In this document: piece by piece, positions 20,714-29,540 of the stretch
How positions within the stretch are numbered: position 1 is the stretch's first letter
Layout: every line of letters starts with the position of its first letter
Source: Thermoanaerobaculia bacterium
GTDB taxonomy: Bacteria > Acidobacteriota > Thermoanaerobaculia > Multivoradales > UBA5704
DNA: 64,000 nucleotides
Assembly: GCA_036275055.1 (NCBI GenBank)
Contig: DASUEN010000046.1
Location: 22,917-86,916 of the forward strand
Direction: 5' to 3'
The notes under the pieces: generated by a model
Seen by the model: only the letters and a program-made list of their open reading frames with translations
Database searches by the model: none
What the model was told of the DNA's origin: nothing
Position numbers and translations under genes: made by a program

Positions 20714-22270
20714 ATGCCGCTCCTCGAGCTGCGCGCGATCACCAAGGATTTCCCGGGCGTCCGCGCCCTGGACGGGGTCTCCTTCGACCTTGAGCCCGGC
20801 GAGATCCACGCGCTATGTGGCGAGAACGGCGCCGGCAAGAGCACGTTGATCAAGATCCTCTGCGGCGTCTACCCGGCGGGGAGTTACGGCGGCGAGATCC
20901 GGCTGCGCGGGGAGACGCTTCACCTTCGCGGCCTCCGTGGCAGCGAGGCGCGCGGGATCGCCCTCATCGCGCAGGAGCTCGCCCTCGTCCCCGGGCTCTC
21001 CGTCGCCGAGAACCTCCTGCTCGGCCGCGAGCCGCGCCGGTTCGGGCTGATACGCCAGGCCGAAGTGAAAGACGAAGCACGGCGGGCGCTCGATCAGGTC
21101 GGGCTCGCGATTTCCGTGGAGACCCCGGTCCGCGAGCTGGGCATCGGCCAGCAGCAACTGGTGGAGATCGCCAAAGCCCTGATGCGATCAACCAAAGACG
21201 CTGCCATCCTGGTGCTCGACGAGCCGACCGCGGCGCTCCCGGAATCCGACGCCCAGCGGCTCCTCGCCCTCCTCGGCGACCTGCGCCGGCGCGGCGTTGC
21301 GGCGATCTTCATCAGTCACCGCCTGGACGAGGTCTTCGCCCTGGCCGATCGCATCACCGTGTTGCGCGACGGACGCTCCGTGGGTACGGCGCGGCGGGCG
21401 GAGACGACTCCCGAGCGGGTCATCTCCCTCATGGTCGGCCGCGAGCTCAAGCAGGCTTTTCCACGCCCCGAGCGCCGGCCCGGGCGCTTGCATGAAGACA
21501 TCCTTCTGCGCCTCGCGGACTGGTCGGTCGCGGACCCGCTCAACCCGGGCCGCCGGGTGGTGGAAAACGTTTCGTTCGAAGTGCGGGCCGGCGAGGTTTT
21601 AGGGGTCGCGGGGCTCATGGGCGCCGGCCGCACGGCTCTCCTGGCTTCGCTCTTCGGGGCCTCGCGCAGCCCCGTGCAGGGAAAGATCCAGATGGGCTCG
21701 GCCCCACCCCGCCGGCCCTTCCGCAATCCGCGCGAGGCCATCGCGGCCGGCCTCGCCCTGGTCGGCGAGGACCGCAAACGCTATGGCCTCTTCCCCCGCG
21801 GCTCGGTGCTGGACAACATGACGCTCGCCTCGCTCTACGGTTTCCGCCGGCATGGTTTGCTCGGTATCCTCGACGATCGCGCACGCCAGGCGGCGGCGTC
21901 CGCCCAGGCCGCCGCCTTGCGATTGAAAGCGGCGAGCCTCGAAATCCCCGTGGCACAGCTTTCCGGCGGCAACCAGCAGAAAGTGATCCTCGGCCGCTGG
22001 CTGCTGCGGAAACCGCACGTCCTGCTGCTCGACGAGCCGACGCGCGGCATCGACGTCGGCGCCAAAAGCGAGATTTACGACCTGATCGGCCGCCTCGTCG
22101 CCGCCGGCCTTGGCGTCGTCCTCGTCTCTTCGGAGCTCCCCGAGCTCCTCGGCCTCTCCCATCGCGTGCTGGTGCTGAACCAGGGCCGGCCGATGGGCCT
22201 TCTCGACGGTGACGCCGCCACGCCCGAACGCGTCATCGCCGCTGCCACCGCCGCCACGGCCAAGGCTTGA
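20714..22270 (+). CDS. xylG: Sugar (xylose-type) ABC transporter ATP-binding protein with two ABC domains
   Basis: A 518-aa ORF. It has Walker A GENGAGKST, a second ABC half, and XylG/RbsA-like sequence throughout. Confidence 0.85.
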   Translation: MPLLELRAITKDFPGVRALDGVSFDLEPGEIHALCGENGAGKSTLIKILCGVYPAGSYGGEIRLRGETLHLRGLRGSEARGIALIAQELALVPGLSVAENLLLGREPRRFGLIRQAEVKDEARRALDQVGLAISVETPVRELGIGQQQLVEIAKALMRSTKDAAILVLDEPTAALPESDAQRLLALLGDLRRRGVAAIFISHRLDEVFALADRITVLRDGRSVGTARRAETTPERVISLMVGRELKQAFPRPERRPGRLHEDILLRLADWSVADPLNPGRRVVENVSFEVRAGEVLGVAGLMGAGRTALLASLFGASRSPVQGKIQMGSAPPRRPFRNPREAIAAGLALVGEDRKRYGLFPRGSVLDNMTLASLYGFRRHGLLGILDDRARQAAASAQAAALRLKAASLEIPVAQLSGGNQQKVILGRWLLRKPHVLLLDEPTRGIDVGAKSEIYDLIGRLVAAGLGVVLVSSELPELLGLSHRVLVLNQGRPMGLLDGDAATPERVIAAATAATAKA

Positions 22271-22274
22271 AACG

Positions 22275-23372
22275 ATGAAACGTTTTCCTCTCGACTGGCG
22301 CGCCCTCACCATGGTGGGAGCGCTCCTCGCCATCTGGGTGGTTTTTTCGATCGCCACCGGCGGCACCTTTCTATTGCCGCGCAACCTTTCCCTTCTCGCC
22401 CGCCAGATGGCGGTGACTTCGATCCTGGCGGTCGGCATGGTGCTGGTGATCGTCGCCGGCCAGATCGATCTTTCCGTCGGCGCCCTGGCCGGCCTGACCG
22501 GTGCCCTCGCGGCCCTCGCCTACGCCCGCCTGGGATGGTCCCTCGCCCTCGCCGTCCTGCTGGCGCTCGCCGTGGGCGCGACCCTGGGCGCCCTCGAAGG
22601 GAGCCTCGTCGCGTGGCTGCGCATTCCCCCCTTCATCGTCACCCTGGGCGGGATGCTCGTCTTCCAGGGCACGCTCCTCGGGGTTACCGGCGGCGTCTCC
22701 ACCTCGCCCCCGCGCCCGTTCCTCTTCCTGGGCCAGGCCTATCTGCCGAAGCCGGCGGGCTGGATCGTGGCCGCGGGGGTCGCCGCGGCCTTGGCGTTCG
22801 TCGCCGCGCGCATCGATGAGCGCCGATGGGGCCGTCGGAGACTGGGGCGCTTGGGGCTCGCGGCCCTCGCGGTGGGCGCCGTCGCCTTGATGAACGCCTA
22901 CGAGGGCGTCCCGGTGCCGGTCCTGGTGGTCCTGGCCCTCGCGACCGTCCTCTCCACCGTGGCGCATCACACCCCGTTCGGGCGTCACCTCTACGCCATC
23001 GGCGGCAACCGCGAAGCGGCCTTCTACTCCGGTATCGCCATCGAGCGCCACCTGGTGGGAGTCTTCACCCTGATGGGCCTGCTGGCCGGAGCCGCGGGCG
23101 TGGTTCTCACGGCGCGGGTGGGAGCCGCGACCCCCAACGCCGGCCAGCTCATGGAGCTCGACGCCATCGCCGCCGCCGTCATCGGCGGCACCTCCCTCCT
23201 CGGCGGCCAGGGAACCGTCTGGGGAGCGCTCCTGGGAGCCCTGGTCATGGCCTCCCTCGACAACGGCATGAGCCTCCTCAACACCGAAGCCTTCTGGCAG
23301 CCGATCCTCAAAGGCGCCATTCTCGTTGCCGCGGTGGCGGTGGACATGGCAGGGCGGCGGGGGCGGGGCTGA
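22275..23372 (+). CDS. xylH: Sugar (xylose-type) ABC transporter permease
   Basis: I trimmed track ORF 22209..23372 to the ATG at 22275 (MKRFPLDWRALTMVGALLAIW). It is polytopic and XylH-like (IVAGQIDLSVGA...). It starts 5 bp after the xylG stop. Confidence 0.85.
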   Translation: MKRFPLDWRALTMVGALLAIWVVFSIATGGTFLLPRNLSLLARQMAVTSILAVGMVLVIVAGQIDLSVGALAGLTGALAALAYARLGWSLALAVLLALAVGATLGALEGSLVAWLRIPPFIVTLGGMLVFQGTLLGVTGGVSTSPPRPFLFLGQAYLPKPAGWIVAAGVAAALAFVAARIDERRWGRRRLGRLGLAALAVGAVALMNAYEGVPVPVLVVLALATVLSTVAHHTPFGRHLYAIGGNREAAFYSGIAIERHLVGVFTLMGLLAGAAGVVLTARVGAATPNAGQLMELDAIAAAVIGGTSLLGGQGTVWGALLGALVMASLDNGMSLLNTEAFWQPILKGAILVAAVAVDMAGRRGRG

Positions 23373-23440
23373 AGCGACCCGCAACAAGTCGTTCCTGTGC
23401 CCGTATACAATCTTTGACGGCCGAAAATAGGAGAAAGCTC

Positions 23441-23596
23441 ATGAAGAAGACCGAGATCCTGAAAAAGCTAAACCTTTCTAGAGAGACGGTTCTGCAACTG
23501 AGCGCGCCGGAGCTGCGTCGCGCGGCGGGTAGGGGCTGGTCGGACGACAGCATCTGTCCCACCACGACCCCCTCGGATTGCAAGCGCTGCCAGTAA
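23441..23596 (+). CDS. Precursor-like small peptide P1: Lys-rich leader ending AAGRG, Cys/Thr/Ser-rich tail
   Basis: MKKTEILKKLNLSRETVLQLSAPELRRAAGRG/WSDDSICPTTTPSDCKRCQ (51 aa). The RBS AGGAGA lies 6 nt upstream. It is followed by a perfect 14-bp hairpin. Its leader is shared with P2 and P3. Confidence 0.55.
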   Translation: MKKTEILKKLNLSRETVLQLSAPELRRAAGRGWSDDSICPTTTPSDCKRCQ

Positions 23597-23641
23597 CCCC
23601 TCACGGCGGGCCGTCGTACGAGAGCACCTCCTGAATTCCCT

Positions 23642-23672
23642 GCCCAAGGGCTCCGTCCCGGAGCCCTTGGGC
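23642..23672 (+). terminator. Hairpin downstream of P1
   Basis: GCCCAAGGGCTCCG tcc CGGAGCCCTTGGGC forms a perfect 14-bp stem with a 3-nt loop. There is no clear U-tract. Confidence 0.5.
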
Positions 23673-23703
23673 CACAACGAAAGCTTGATCCACCGGCCGA
23701 ACG

Positions 23704-23934
23704 GTGGTTCAGCCCTATGGCACGATCGTCAAGCTTCCAATCGCCCTCAGCGAGGCGACCTGCCGTAAGAGCGTGGAGAACCTGAAACAGGTCCTGGCCG
23801 ATACGATCACGCTGCGAGATCTCTACAAGAAGCACCACTGGCATCTGCACGCCCACGAGATCCTCCTGCCCTCTCCCAGCACCTCGTGGACGTACCGCTG
23901 GTCAAGGCCGACTGAAGAAGCTGAACGCTCCTGA
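23704..23934 (+). pseudogene. Decayed Dps-family (DNA-binding ferritin-like) gene remnant
   Basis: The first ~48 codons read like a Dps N-terminus (SVENLKQVLADTITLRDLYKKHHWH). The frame then loses similarity and stops at 76 aa. Only ~200 bp remain before the next gene. Confidence 0.45.
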
Positions 23935-24050
23935 AGCCCATTCGAACGCTGGCGGGCTTGATTCTTGCTGCTACCGAGACCGTCAGGAAACAGGCCTGAC
24001 GCCCGCCGGCGATGGACGCCGTTTGCGCTCTACTCCTTGGGGGGAGATCC

Positions 24051-25415
24051 ATGTTCCAACCAACGAAGATGATGGCGTTCAAGCTCGTCCAGGGCTGTTT
24101 GCTCGTCGCGGCCGCCGTGGGCGTCTTGGGATGTGCTTCCTCGGCGAAGCTCCCCGTCTCGGCCGGTACCGGACCCCATCCGGCGCTGCCTCCCCCCAAC
24201 AAGGCGCTGATTCCGGTGGTGAACGTCGTCTCGGCCAAGGGGTGGCCGAAAGGTGGCAAGCCGGTGGCGGCCGAGGGGACGGCCGTGGCCGCTTTTGCCC
24301 AGGGACTGGACCACCCGCGGTGGCTCTACGTGCTGCCGAACGGCGACGTGCTGGTGGCCGAGACCAATGCACCGGAACGGCCGGAGGACAGCAAGGGAAT
24401 CAAGGGATGGTTCTTCAAGCACTTCCAGAAAAAGGCCGGCGGTGCCGTGCCCAGCGCCAATCGCATCACTTTGCTCCGCGACGCCGATGGGGACGGCGTC
24501 GCCGAGACGCGTTCGGTGTTCCTCTCCGGGCTCTATTCGCCTTTCGGCATGGTGCTCGTGGGCAACGTCCTCTACGTGGCAGATAGCGACGCCGTCCTGC
24601 GGTTCCCTTACACGCCAGGCGAGATGCGGATCACGGCGCCCGGCGTCAAAGTCGTCGATTTGCCGGCGGGGCCCATCAATCATCACTGGACCAAGAACCT
24701 CATTGCCTCTCGCGATGGATCGAAGCTCTACGTGGCCGTCGGTTCCAACAGCAACGCGGCTGAGAACGGCATCGCGGCCGAGGAGGGACGCGCGGCGATC
24801 TGGGAAGTTGATCCCGCGACCGGGAAGCACCGGATTTTTGCCTCCGGACTGCGCAATCCGGTTGGGCTGGCCTGGGAACCCGAGAGCGGCGCCTTGTGGA
24901 CGGCGGTCAACGAACGTGATGAGCTCGGCAGCGATCTAGTGCCGGACTACATGACGGCTGTCCGCGACGGCGGCTTCTATGGCTGGCCGTACAGCTATTT
25001 CGGCCAGCACGTGGACACAAGAGCGAAGCCGCCGCGGCCCGATCTCGTCGCCAAGGCCCTCGTGCCGAGCTACGCCTTGGGGCCGCACACCGCTTCCCTG
25101 GGGCTGGCGTACTCGGGAGGAACGTCCCTGCCCGCTCAGTTCAGCCGCGGGATGTTCGTGGGACAGCACGGTTCCTGGAATCGCCGGCCGCGCAGCGGTT
25201 ATAAAGTGATCTTCGTGCCTTTCGCCGCCGGTGTTCCGTCTGGCGATCCGGTCGATATATTGACCGGTTTTGCCAACGACCGTGGAGACGCGATGGGGCG
25301 GCCCGTGGGCGTTACGATCGACAAGCGCGGCGCATTGCTGGTGGCTGACGACGTAGGAAACACCATCTGGCGAGTGACCAGCAGCTCGATGGTCTCCGCC
25401 AAGAACCAGAAGTAG
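24051..25415 (+). CDS. PQQ-dependent sugar (glucose/sorbosone) dehydrogenase-like lipoprotein
   Basis: I trimmed track ORF 24012..25415 to the ATG at 24051 (RBS GGGGAGA). It has a lipobox (VGVLGCAS) and sorbosone-dehydrogenase-like beta-propeller sequence ([21 protein letters not shown]...[14 protein letters not shown]...). Confidence 0.85.
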   Translation: MFQPTKMMAFKLVQGCLLVAAAVGVLGCASSAKLPVSAGTGPHPALPPPNKALIPVVNVVSAKGWPKGGKPVAAEGTAVAAFAQGLDHPRWLYVLPNGDVLVAETNAPERPEDSKGIKGWFFKHFQKKAGGAVPSANRITLLRDADGDGVAETRSVFLSGLYSPFGMVLVGNVLYVADSDAVLRFPYTPGEMRITAPGVKVVDLPAGPINHHWTKNLIASRDGSKLYVAVGSNSNAAENGIAAEEGRAAIWEVDPATGKHRIFASGLRNPVGLAWEPESGALWTAVNERDELGSDLVPDYMTAVRDGGFYGWPYSYFGQHVDTRAKPPRPDLVAKALVPSYALGPHTASLGLAYSGGTSLPAQFSRGMFVGQHGSWNRRPRSGYKVIFVPFAAGVPSGDPVDILTGFANDRGDAMGRPVGVTIDKRGALLVADDVGNTIWRVTSSSMVSAKNQK

Positions 25416-25477
25416 GCCGGCCTCGTCACAGTTACTTCTTCGGCGCTACGTCGAACCATGCTGCGAAGACCCAGTTT

Positions 25478-25503
25478 GGCGGCGGTCTGTCAAGACCGCC
25501 GCC
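25478..25503. terminator. Hairpin between the convergent dehydrogenase and P2 genes
   Basis: GGCGGCGGTC tgtcaa GACCGCCGCC forms a perfect 10-bp stem. Confidence 0.4.
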
Positions 25504-25514
25504 GGAACACGGGG

Positions 25515-25727
25515 CTAGCCGCAGAGGCAGGTGAGAGCGTTGGTCTCGGGGCAGGGCTGATGGGTGCAGTTGGCGCCGCAGGAACCGCAATCACTCCGGC
25601 AGGTGCCCAGACAGGTGAAGCAGTTGGTCGCAGTCGTCAGACCGCCGACCGCGGCTTCCAGGCCCGAAGGCGTCAGGTTACGGAGAGTTTCGACAGCGAG
25701 CTTGAGCTTCTTGGGTCGCTTCTTCAT
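25515..25727 (-). CDS. Precursor-like small peptide P2: double-glycine leader, 10-Cys core
   Basis: MKKRPKKLKLAVETLRNLTPSGLEAAVGG/LTTATNCFTCLGTCRSDCGSCGANCTHQPCPETNALTCLCG (70 aa). I trimmed track ORF 25515..25802 to the ATG at 25727, which is preceded by AAGGAGGA. Confidence 0.6.
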   Translation of the reverse strand: MKKRPKKLKLAVETLRNLTPSGLEAAVGGLTTATNCFTCLGTCRSDCGSCGANCTHQPCPETNALTCLCG

Positions 25728-25805
25728 ATCCGTTCCTCCTTTTGTCCCAGAGAGGATACTACGAATCTGTTTCGTAGGCCAGGACCAGGTGGCGGTATCC
25801 ACGAA

Positions 25806-27059
25806 TCACGGCGCTCTAGGAGGAGCAGAGTAGATCACCTTGCCGCCGCGCAGGGTGTAGCGCACGTTGGTGAAGGCGCGGAGGTCGGCCACCGGGTCGG
25901 TGGCGAGCACCACGAGGTCGGCGTCCATCCCCGGCGCGATCCGCCCGCGCCGGGAAGCCTCGCCGAAGCGCGCCGCCGGGTTGGTGGTCAACGCCGACAG
26001 GATCTCGCGCCAGCCGAGGCCGGCGCTTTCGAGCAGCAGATACTCCGCCGTCGGATCGTAATCGGTCAGGTATCCAACGTCTGTGCCAAAAAGGATCTGA
26101 CCTCCCGAGCGCTCGTAGTCGCGAACCTCGTCCAGGATCTCGAAAAGATAACGGTCCTTGGCAAAAAGTTTCAAGGTTGGGATGAGCGCCATGTTCTGCT
26201 GCTTCATGCGCTGGAGGTGCTCCGGCGTGAATCCCCTCGTATCCTCGATCGCGTGCGCCAAGACATCGACGTGGGTGCGCAGCGCGACTTCCAGACCTGC
26301 CACGTTGGATGGGTGGGTGAACACGAGCTTCCCCTGCCGGTGGGCTTCGGCCGCTGCCGCCGAGGCGAGATCGTCCGGCATGGGCATCACTTTTCCGTGG
26401 GCGATCCAGGAGCCGGTGAACAGCTTCGTGATATCGGCGCCGCCGCCGATGTCCTTGCGCACGACGTCCTCCGCCTGTTGCGGCGTGCTCGGCTGCGGCA
26501 GCAGCTTGAGGATCTCCGCCGGCAGCGTGTCCTTCAAGTAATAAGGGATGCCATTGGGTGGATAGAGCGGCGATCCGGCCGTCAGGATGCGTGGTCCGGC
26601 CACGTCTCCCGACTCGATGCGCCTGCGCAGGGCGGTGGTGTTTTCCAGCGACGACCCCGTGTCCACCACGGTGGTGAATCCGTAGCGCGCCAACATCTCC
26701 TGCAACTGCGAGGTCAGCTTGGGAGACGCCTGATGCTCTGCGTCGGCCCACTTCTCTTCGGTGAAATGGACGTGGCTGTTCTGGAATCCCGCGGTGATCA
26801 CCAGCCCCGTGCAGTCGAGCGTCCGCGCCCCGTCGGGAGGCTTGACCGCATCGCGCGGCCCGACCGCGACAACCTTCCCTCCTTGCACGACGATCACGCC
26901 GTCGAAGATCGGCGCCGCCTCCGGCCCCGTGTAGATCCGCGCGCCAGCGAGCACCAGCGCTTGCTCTTGAGACACTGCCATCGCCGGCAAGGCCACGAGC
27001 GCGATCAGCAGGATGAGACCGCGCAGGATGCGCCTTCCGGGGGTCACCGCTCTGTTCAT
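25806..27059 (-). CDS. Secreted metal-dependent amidohydrolase-family protein
   Basis: A 417-aa ORF with a signal peptide and amidohydrolase signatures (GFQNSHVHF..., FTHPSN..., VDVLAHAIED, GTDVGY...). Confidence 0.85.
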   Translation of the reverse strand: MNRAVTPGRRILRGLILLIALVALPAMAVSQEQALVLAGARIYTGPEAAPIFDGVIVVQGGKVVAVGPRDAVKPPDGARTLDCTGLVITAGFQNSHVHFTEEKWADAEHQASPKLTSQLQEMLARYGFTTVVDTGSSLENTTALRRRIESGDVAGPRILTAGSPLYPPNGIPYYLKDTLPAEILKLLPQPSTPQQAEDVVRKDIGGGADITKLFTGSWIAHGKVMPMPDDLASAAAAEAHRQGKLVFTHPSNVAGLEVALRTHVDVLAHAIEDTRGFTPEHLQRMKQQNMALIPTLKLFAKDRYLFEILDEVRDYERSGGQILFGTDVGYLTDYDPTAEYLLLESAGLGWREILSALTTNPAARFGEASRRGRIAPGMDADLVVLATDPVADLRAFTNVRYTLRGGKVIYSAPPRAP

Positions 27060-27268
27060 GGCATGCCTCCTGGTTGTCTGGTGCCGTCAGTAGCTCCGAT
27101 GACGCCCGGGATTGAAATCCCGGGCTACCCTCGATAGTCCCTGCGGGACACCTTCCATACGAGGCCGTCGGCGGCTCGGTTGCAGGCAAGTCGGGTTGGA
27201 CGGCGCTGGGCACGGGTTGCTACAATCATTATGCAGCTCGTACATAATGTTCCTGCTGCATAGTTCCG

Positions 27269-28648
27269 ATGAAGCTACCTTTTCTGGACCGCGACGAGGA
27301 GACCGCGCGCCTGGCGCGGTTGCTGGAGAGCCCGGAGGGCTCCCTGGCCGTGCTGTATGGCCGCCGGCGTTGCGGCAAGTCGCGGCTCCTGCGGGAAGTC
27401 CTGCCGCCGGAGCGGTCCATCTACTACGTGGGCGACGAGCGGGAGGGCCCTCTCCAGCAGGTGAGCCTGGCGGCGGAGATCGCCCGCCTCCTCCCTGGGT
27501 TCGACCGCGTGACCTACCCGGACTGGGACTCCCTCTGTGCCCGCTTCTGGAACGAAGCCGGCCCTGGGACGGCGCTGGTCCTCGACGAATTTCCCGCCTT
27601 GGCCGCCGTAGCCGGCGAGCTCCCGAGCGTGCTGCAGAAATACGTCGATCGCTTCTCCGAGCGGCGCATCCATCTCCTTCTCGCGGGTTCCTCGCAACGG
27701 CTGATGCAGGGTCTGGCGCTGGATCGCACGGCGCCGCTCTTTGGCCGTGCCCGGGAGATCCTCAAGATCTCTCCCCTCCGGGCTGGTTGGATTCAACGCG
27801 CCCTCCGCTTGCGCGATCCGTCCCAGGCCGTGGAAGCCTACGCCGTCTGGGGTGGCGTCCCCCGGTATTGGGAGCTGGCCGGCGATCATCCGGATCTTGC
27901 AACGGCCGTCCGCTCCCTGATCCTGAGCCCTCTCGGGGTCCTCTATGAAGAGCCCTCCCGCCTGCTCCTCGACGACTTGCGCGACACCGCCCAGGCCGCG
28001 TCGATCCTCAGCGTGATCGGTCAAGGCTGCCACCGGGCCTCCGAGATCGCGGCTCGCCTGGGCAAGCCGGCCACCTCCCTCTCGCGACCGTTGGAACGCT
28101 TGATCGAAATGGATCTCGTGGCGCGGGAAACGCCCTTCGGCACCTCGGTGCGCAGCAGCAAGCGCACCCTTTACCGGATTGCGGACCCCTTCCTGCGCTA
28201 CTGGTTTCGCTTCGTGCAACCCGATCGCTCGCGTCTGGAGGCCCGGCAGGCCGCCGCTGTGGAGAGGGACGTTGCAGCCCGTTTTCCCCATCACGCCGGC
28301 GAGGTCTGGGAGGAGCTGGCGCGGGCGAGCGTACCGGCGCTCGACCTCTTCGGCAAAACCTGGGGCCCGGCCGGCCGCTGGTGGGGACCGGGCTTGGATC
28401 GCCAGCCACTGGAGATCGACCTCGTGGCCGAGAGCACGGAGCGGGATGCCCTCCTCATCGGCGAAGTGAAGTGGACGGCGTCAGCCGATCCGGCCCGCAC
28501 GCTCCAAGAGCTGGAAAGGAAGGCAGCTCAGCTTCCTTTCGTCGAAGGGCGAGAAATCGTCCTGGCGTTGTGGCTCAAAGCGCCCGTTCGGGGAGCCATG
28601 AGCCGTCAGGTGATGACCCCGCAACAGGTGCTCACCGCGCTGCTTTGA
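27269..28648 (+). CDS. AAA-type ATPase of the archaeal-ATPase/DUF234 family
   Basis: A 459-aa ORF. Walker A is YGRRRCGKS and Walker B is LVLDEF. It has a winged-helix-like middle region (ASEIAARLGKPATSLSRPLERLIEMDLV) and a DUF234-like C-terminus (YRIADPFLRYWFRFV...EIDLVAES). Confidence 0.8.
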   Translation: MKLPFLDRDEETARLARLLESPEGSLAVLYGRRRCGKSRLLREVLPPERSIYYVGDEREGPLQQVSLAAEIARLLPGFDRVTYPDWDSLCARFWNEAGPGTALVLDEFPALAAVAGELPSVLQKYVDRFSERRIHLLLAGSSQRLMQGLALDRTAPLFGRAREILKISPLRAGWIQRALRLRDPSQAVEAYAVWGGVPRYWELAGDHPDLATAVRSLILSPLGVLYEEPSRLLLDDLRDTAQAASILSVIGQGCHRASEIAARLGKPATSLSRPLERLIEMDLVARETPFGTSVRSSKRTLYRIADPFLRYWFRFVQPDRSRLEARQAAAVERDVAARFPHHAGEVWEELARASVPALDLFGKTWGPAGRWWGPGLDRQPLEIDLVAESTERDALLIGEVKWTASADPARTLQELERKAAQLPFVEGREIVLALWLKAPVRGAMSRQVMTPQQVLTALL

Positions 28649-28666
28649 AGGGGCGAGGAGGAGGAC

Positions 28667-28879
28667 ATGATGATCTCCAAGATTCAGAAGTGGGATGACA
28701 GTCAAGGTCTGCGCCTCTCCAAAGACGTCCTCGAGCTTGCGGGCTTCGCTGTCGGTGACGAGGTCGAGATCGCGGTCAGTGCCGGGGAGATAGTGATCAG
28801 GAAGGCGTCAAGGCCCAGATTTGACCTTGCGGAGCTGGTTGCACGCATTCCGAAAGGGTACAAGCCGCACGAGGAGTGA
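28667..28879 (+). CDS. AbrB/MazE/SpoVT-family antitoxin-like protein with no adjacent toxin gene
   Basis: MMISKIQKWDDSQGLRLSKDVLELAGFAVGDEVEIAVSAGEIVIRKA... is typical of the swapped-hairpin MazE/PemI fold. The gene is followed at once by repeat element copy 2 rather than a mazF-like ORF. Confidence 0.7.
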   Translation: MMISKIQKWDDSQGLRLSKDVLELAGFAVGDEVEIAVSAGEIVIRKASRPRFDLAELVARIPKGYKPHEE

Positions 28880-28967
28880 ATGGGGCCGCGGGGCTGGGTG
28901 TGGAAAGTGCGGGCCGCCCCGACATGACGCCGAGAGACCTCGTGGACGGAGCCCTTGTCCGCGCTTC

Positions 28968-29183
28968 GAGGCCCTCACTCCCCCGGCCCTCTTCTCCCAA
29001 CTTCCCCCCAGCCCCTGGGCGAGAGGGGAGCCGGAAGCGCGTAGGGTGCGCTGTGCGCACCGTGGAAGGTATTGATGGTGCGCACAGCCTCCTCTACGCG
29101 CCTGGGGCAGTCTTGCTGTTCTCCCTCTTCTCCCGGCGGCTGGGGGAGAGGCTGGGAGAAGAGGGCCGGGGTGATGAGGGCTC
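28968..29183. repeat. G-rich palindromic repeat element, copy 2 (inverted arms around a different core)
   Basis: The left arm is 28968-29015 and the right arm 29138-29183 (GGCTGGGGGAGAGGCTGGGAGAAGAGGGCCGGGGTGATGAGGGCTC). The core holds a perfect 12-bp hairpin, GCTGTGCGCACC (29050-29061) pairing with GGTGCGCACAGC (29077-29088). Confidence 0.8.
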
Positions 29184-29540
29184 CGGCAGTGCCGCCCCCG
29201 GTCCGGCTCACGTCGTCTTAGGGAGCGGCATCGCACCATTTCCCCGACTTCGGAGGGGAGGTCTCGCCCCGGCTTTCCTGGTGGGGTGTTTCCCATTGGT
29301 CCTTGCGCAGGGATGATTTGGCCAGGACAACGCATCGCCTTATTTCATAGCTTTATTCCTCTTTCTCTTTTTTTATTGTAAACGGTCTCCATCGGAGCCT
29401 CTTCCTGTATACTCTTCGAAGTCACAGCCCCGGGAACTCTGACGACCGTCACCGCCGACTAAGCGGCCGCGTTAGGAGTCCTTGAAGCAAGTCCCCGGCA
29501 CTATTCCGGCGACCGGTCGCTGGCGTAAAGGTAATTATAG

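Noticed and set aside
23719-23733. A shared 15-mer GGCACGATCGTCAAG at 23719-23733 and 35776-35790 that begins like a sigma54 -24 element
   Set aside because: The -12 position reads TCAA rather than TTGC, so the essential GC is missing. One copy lies inside the Dps remnant. A single 15-mer match is about what chance predicts in a 64-kb GC-biased window.
26076-26092. A minus-strand sigma54-like promoter (CCAA-N5-GTGCCA on the plus strand) inside the amidohydrolase gene that could drive P2
   Set aside because: The -12 element would read TTGG rather than TTGC. The site is intragenic, ~350 nt from P2, and has no upstream GACATC motif pair.
27196-27260. A sigma70-like promoter (TTGGAC ... TACAAT) and ATTATG/CATAAT plus ATGCAGC/GCTGCAT inverted repeats upstream of the DUF234 ATPase gene
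   Set aside because: The -35/-10 spacing is 19-20 nt, which is too long for confidence. The palindromes are short (6-7 bp). This is noted as a possible operator region but not reported as a feature.
28876-29316. A MazF-type toxin ORF downstream of the MazE-like gene (track ORFs 28876..29316, 28821..29075)
   Set aside because: These frames run through the G-rich repeat element and give Pro/Gly/Arg-rich low-complexity sequence with no MazF/PemK features.
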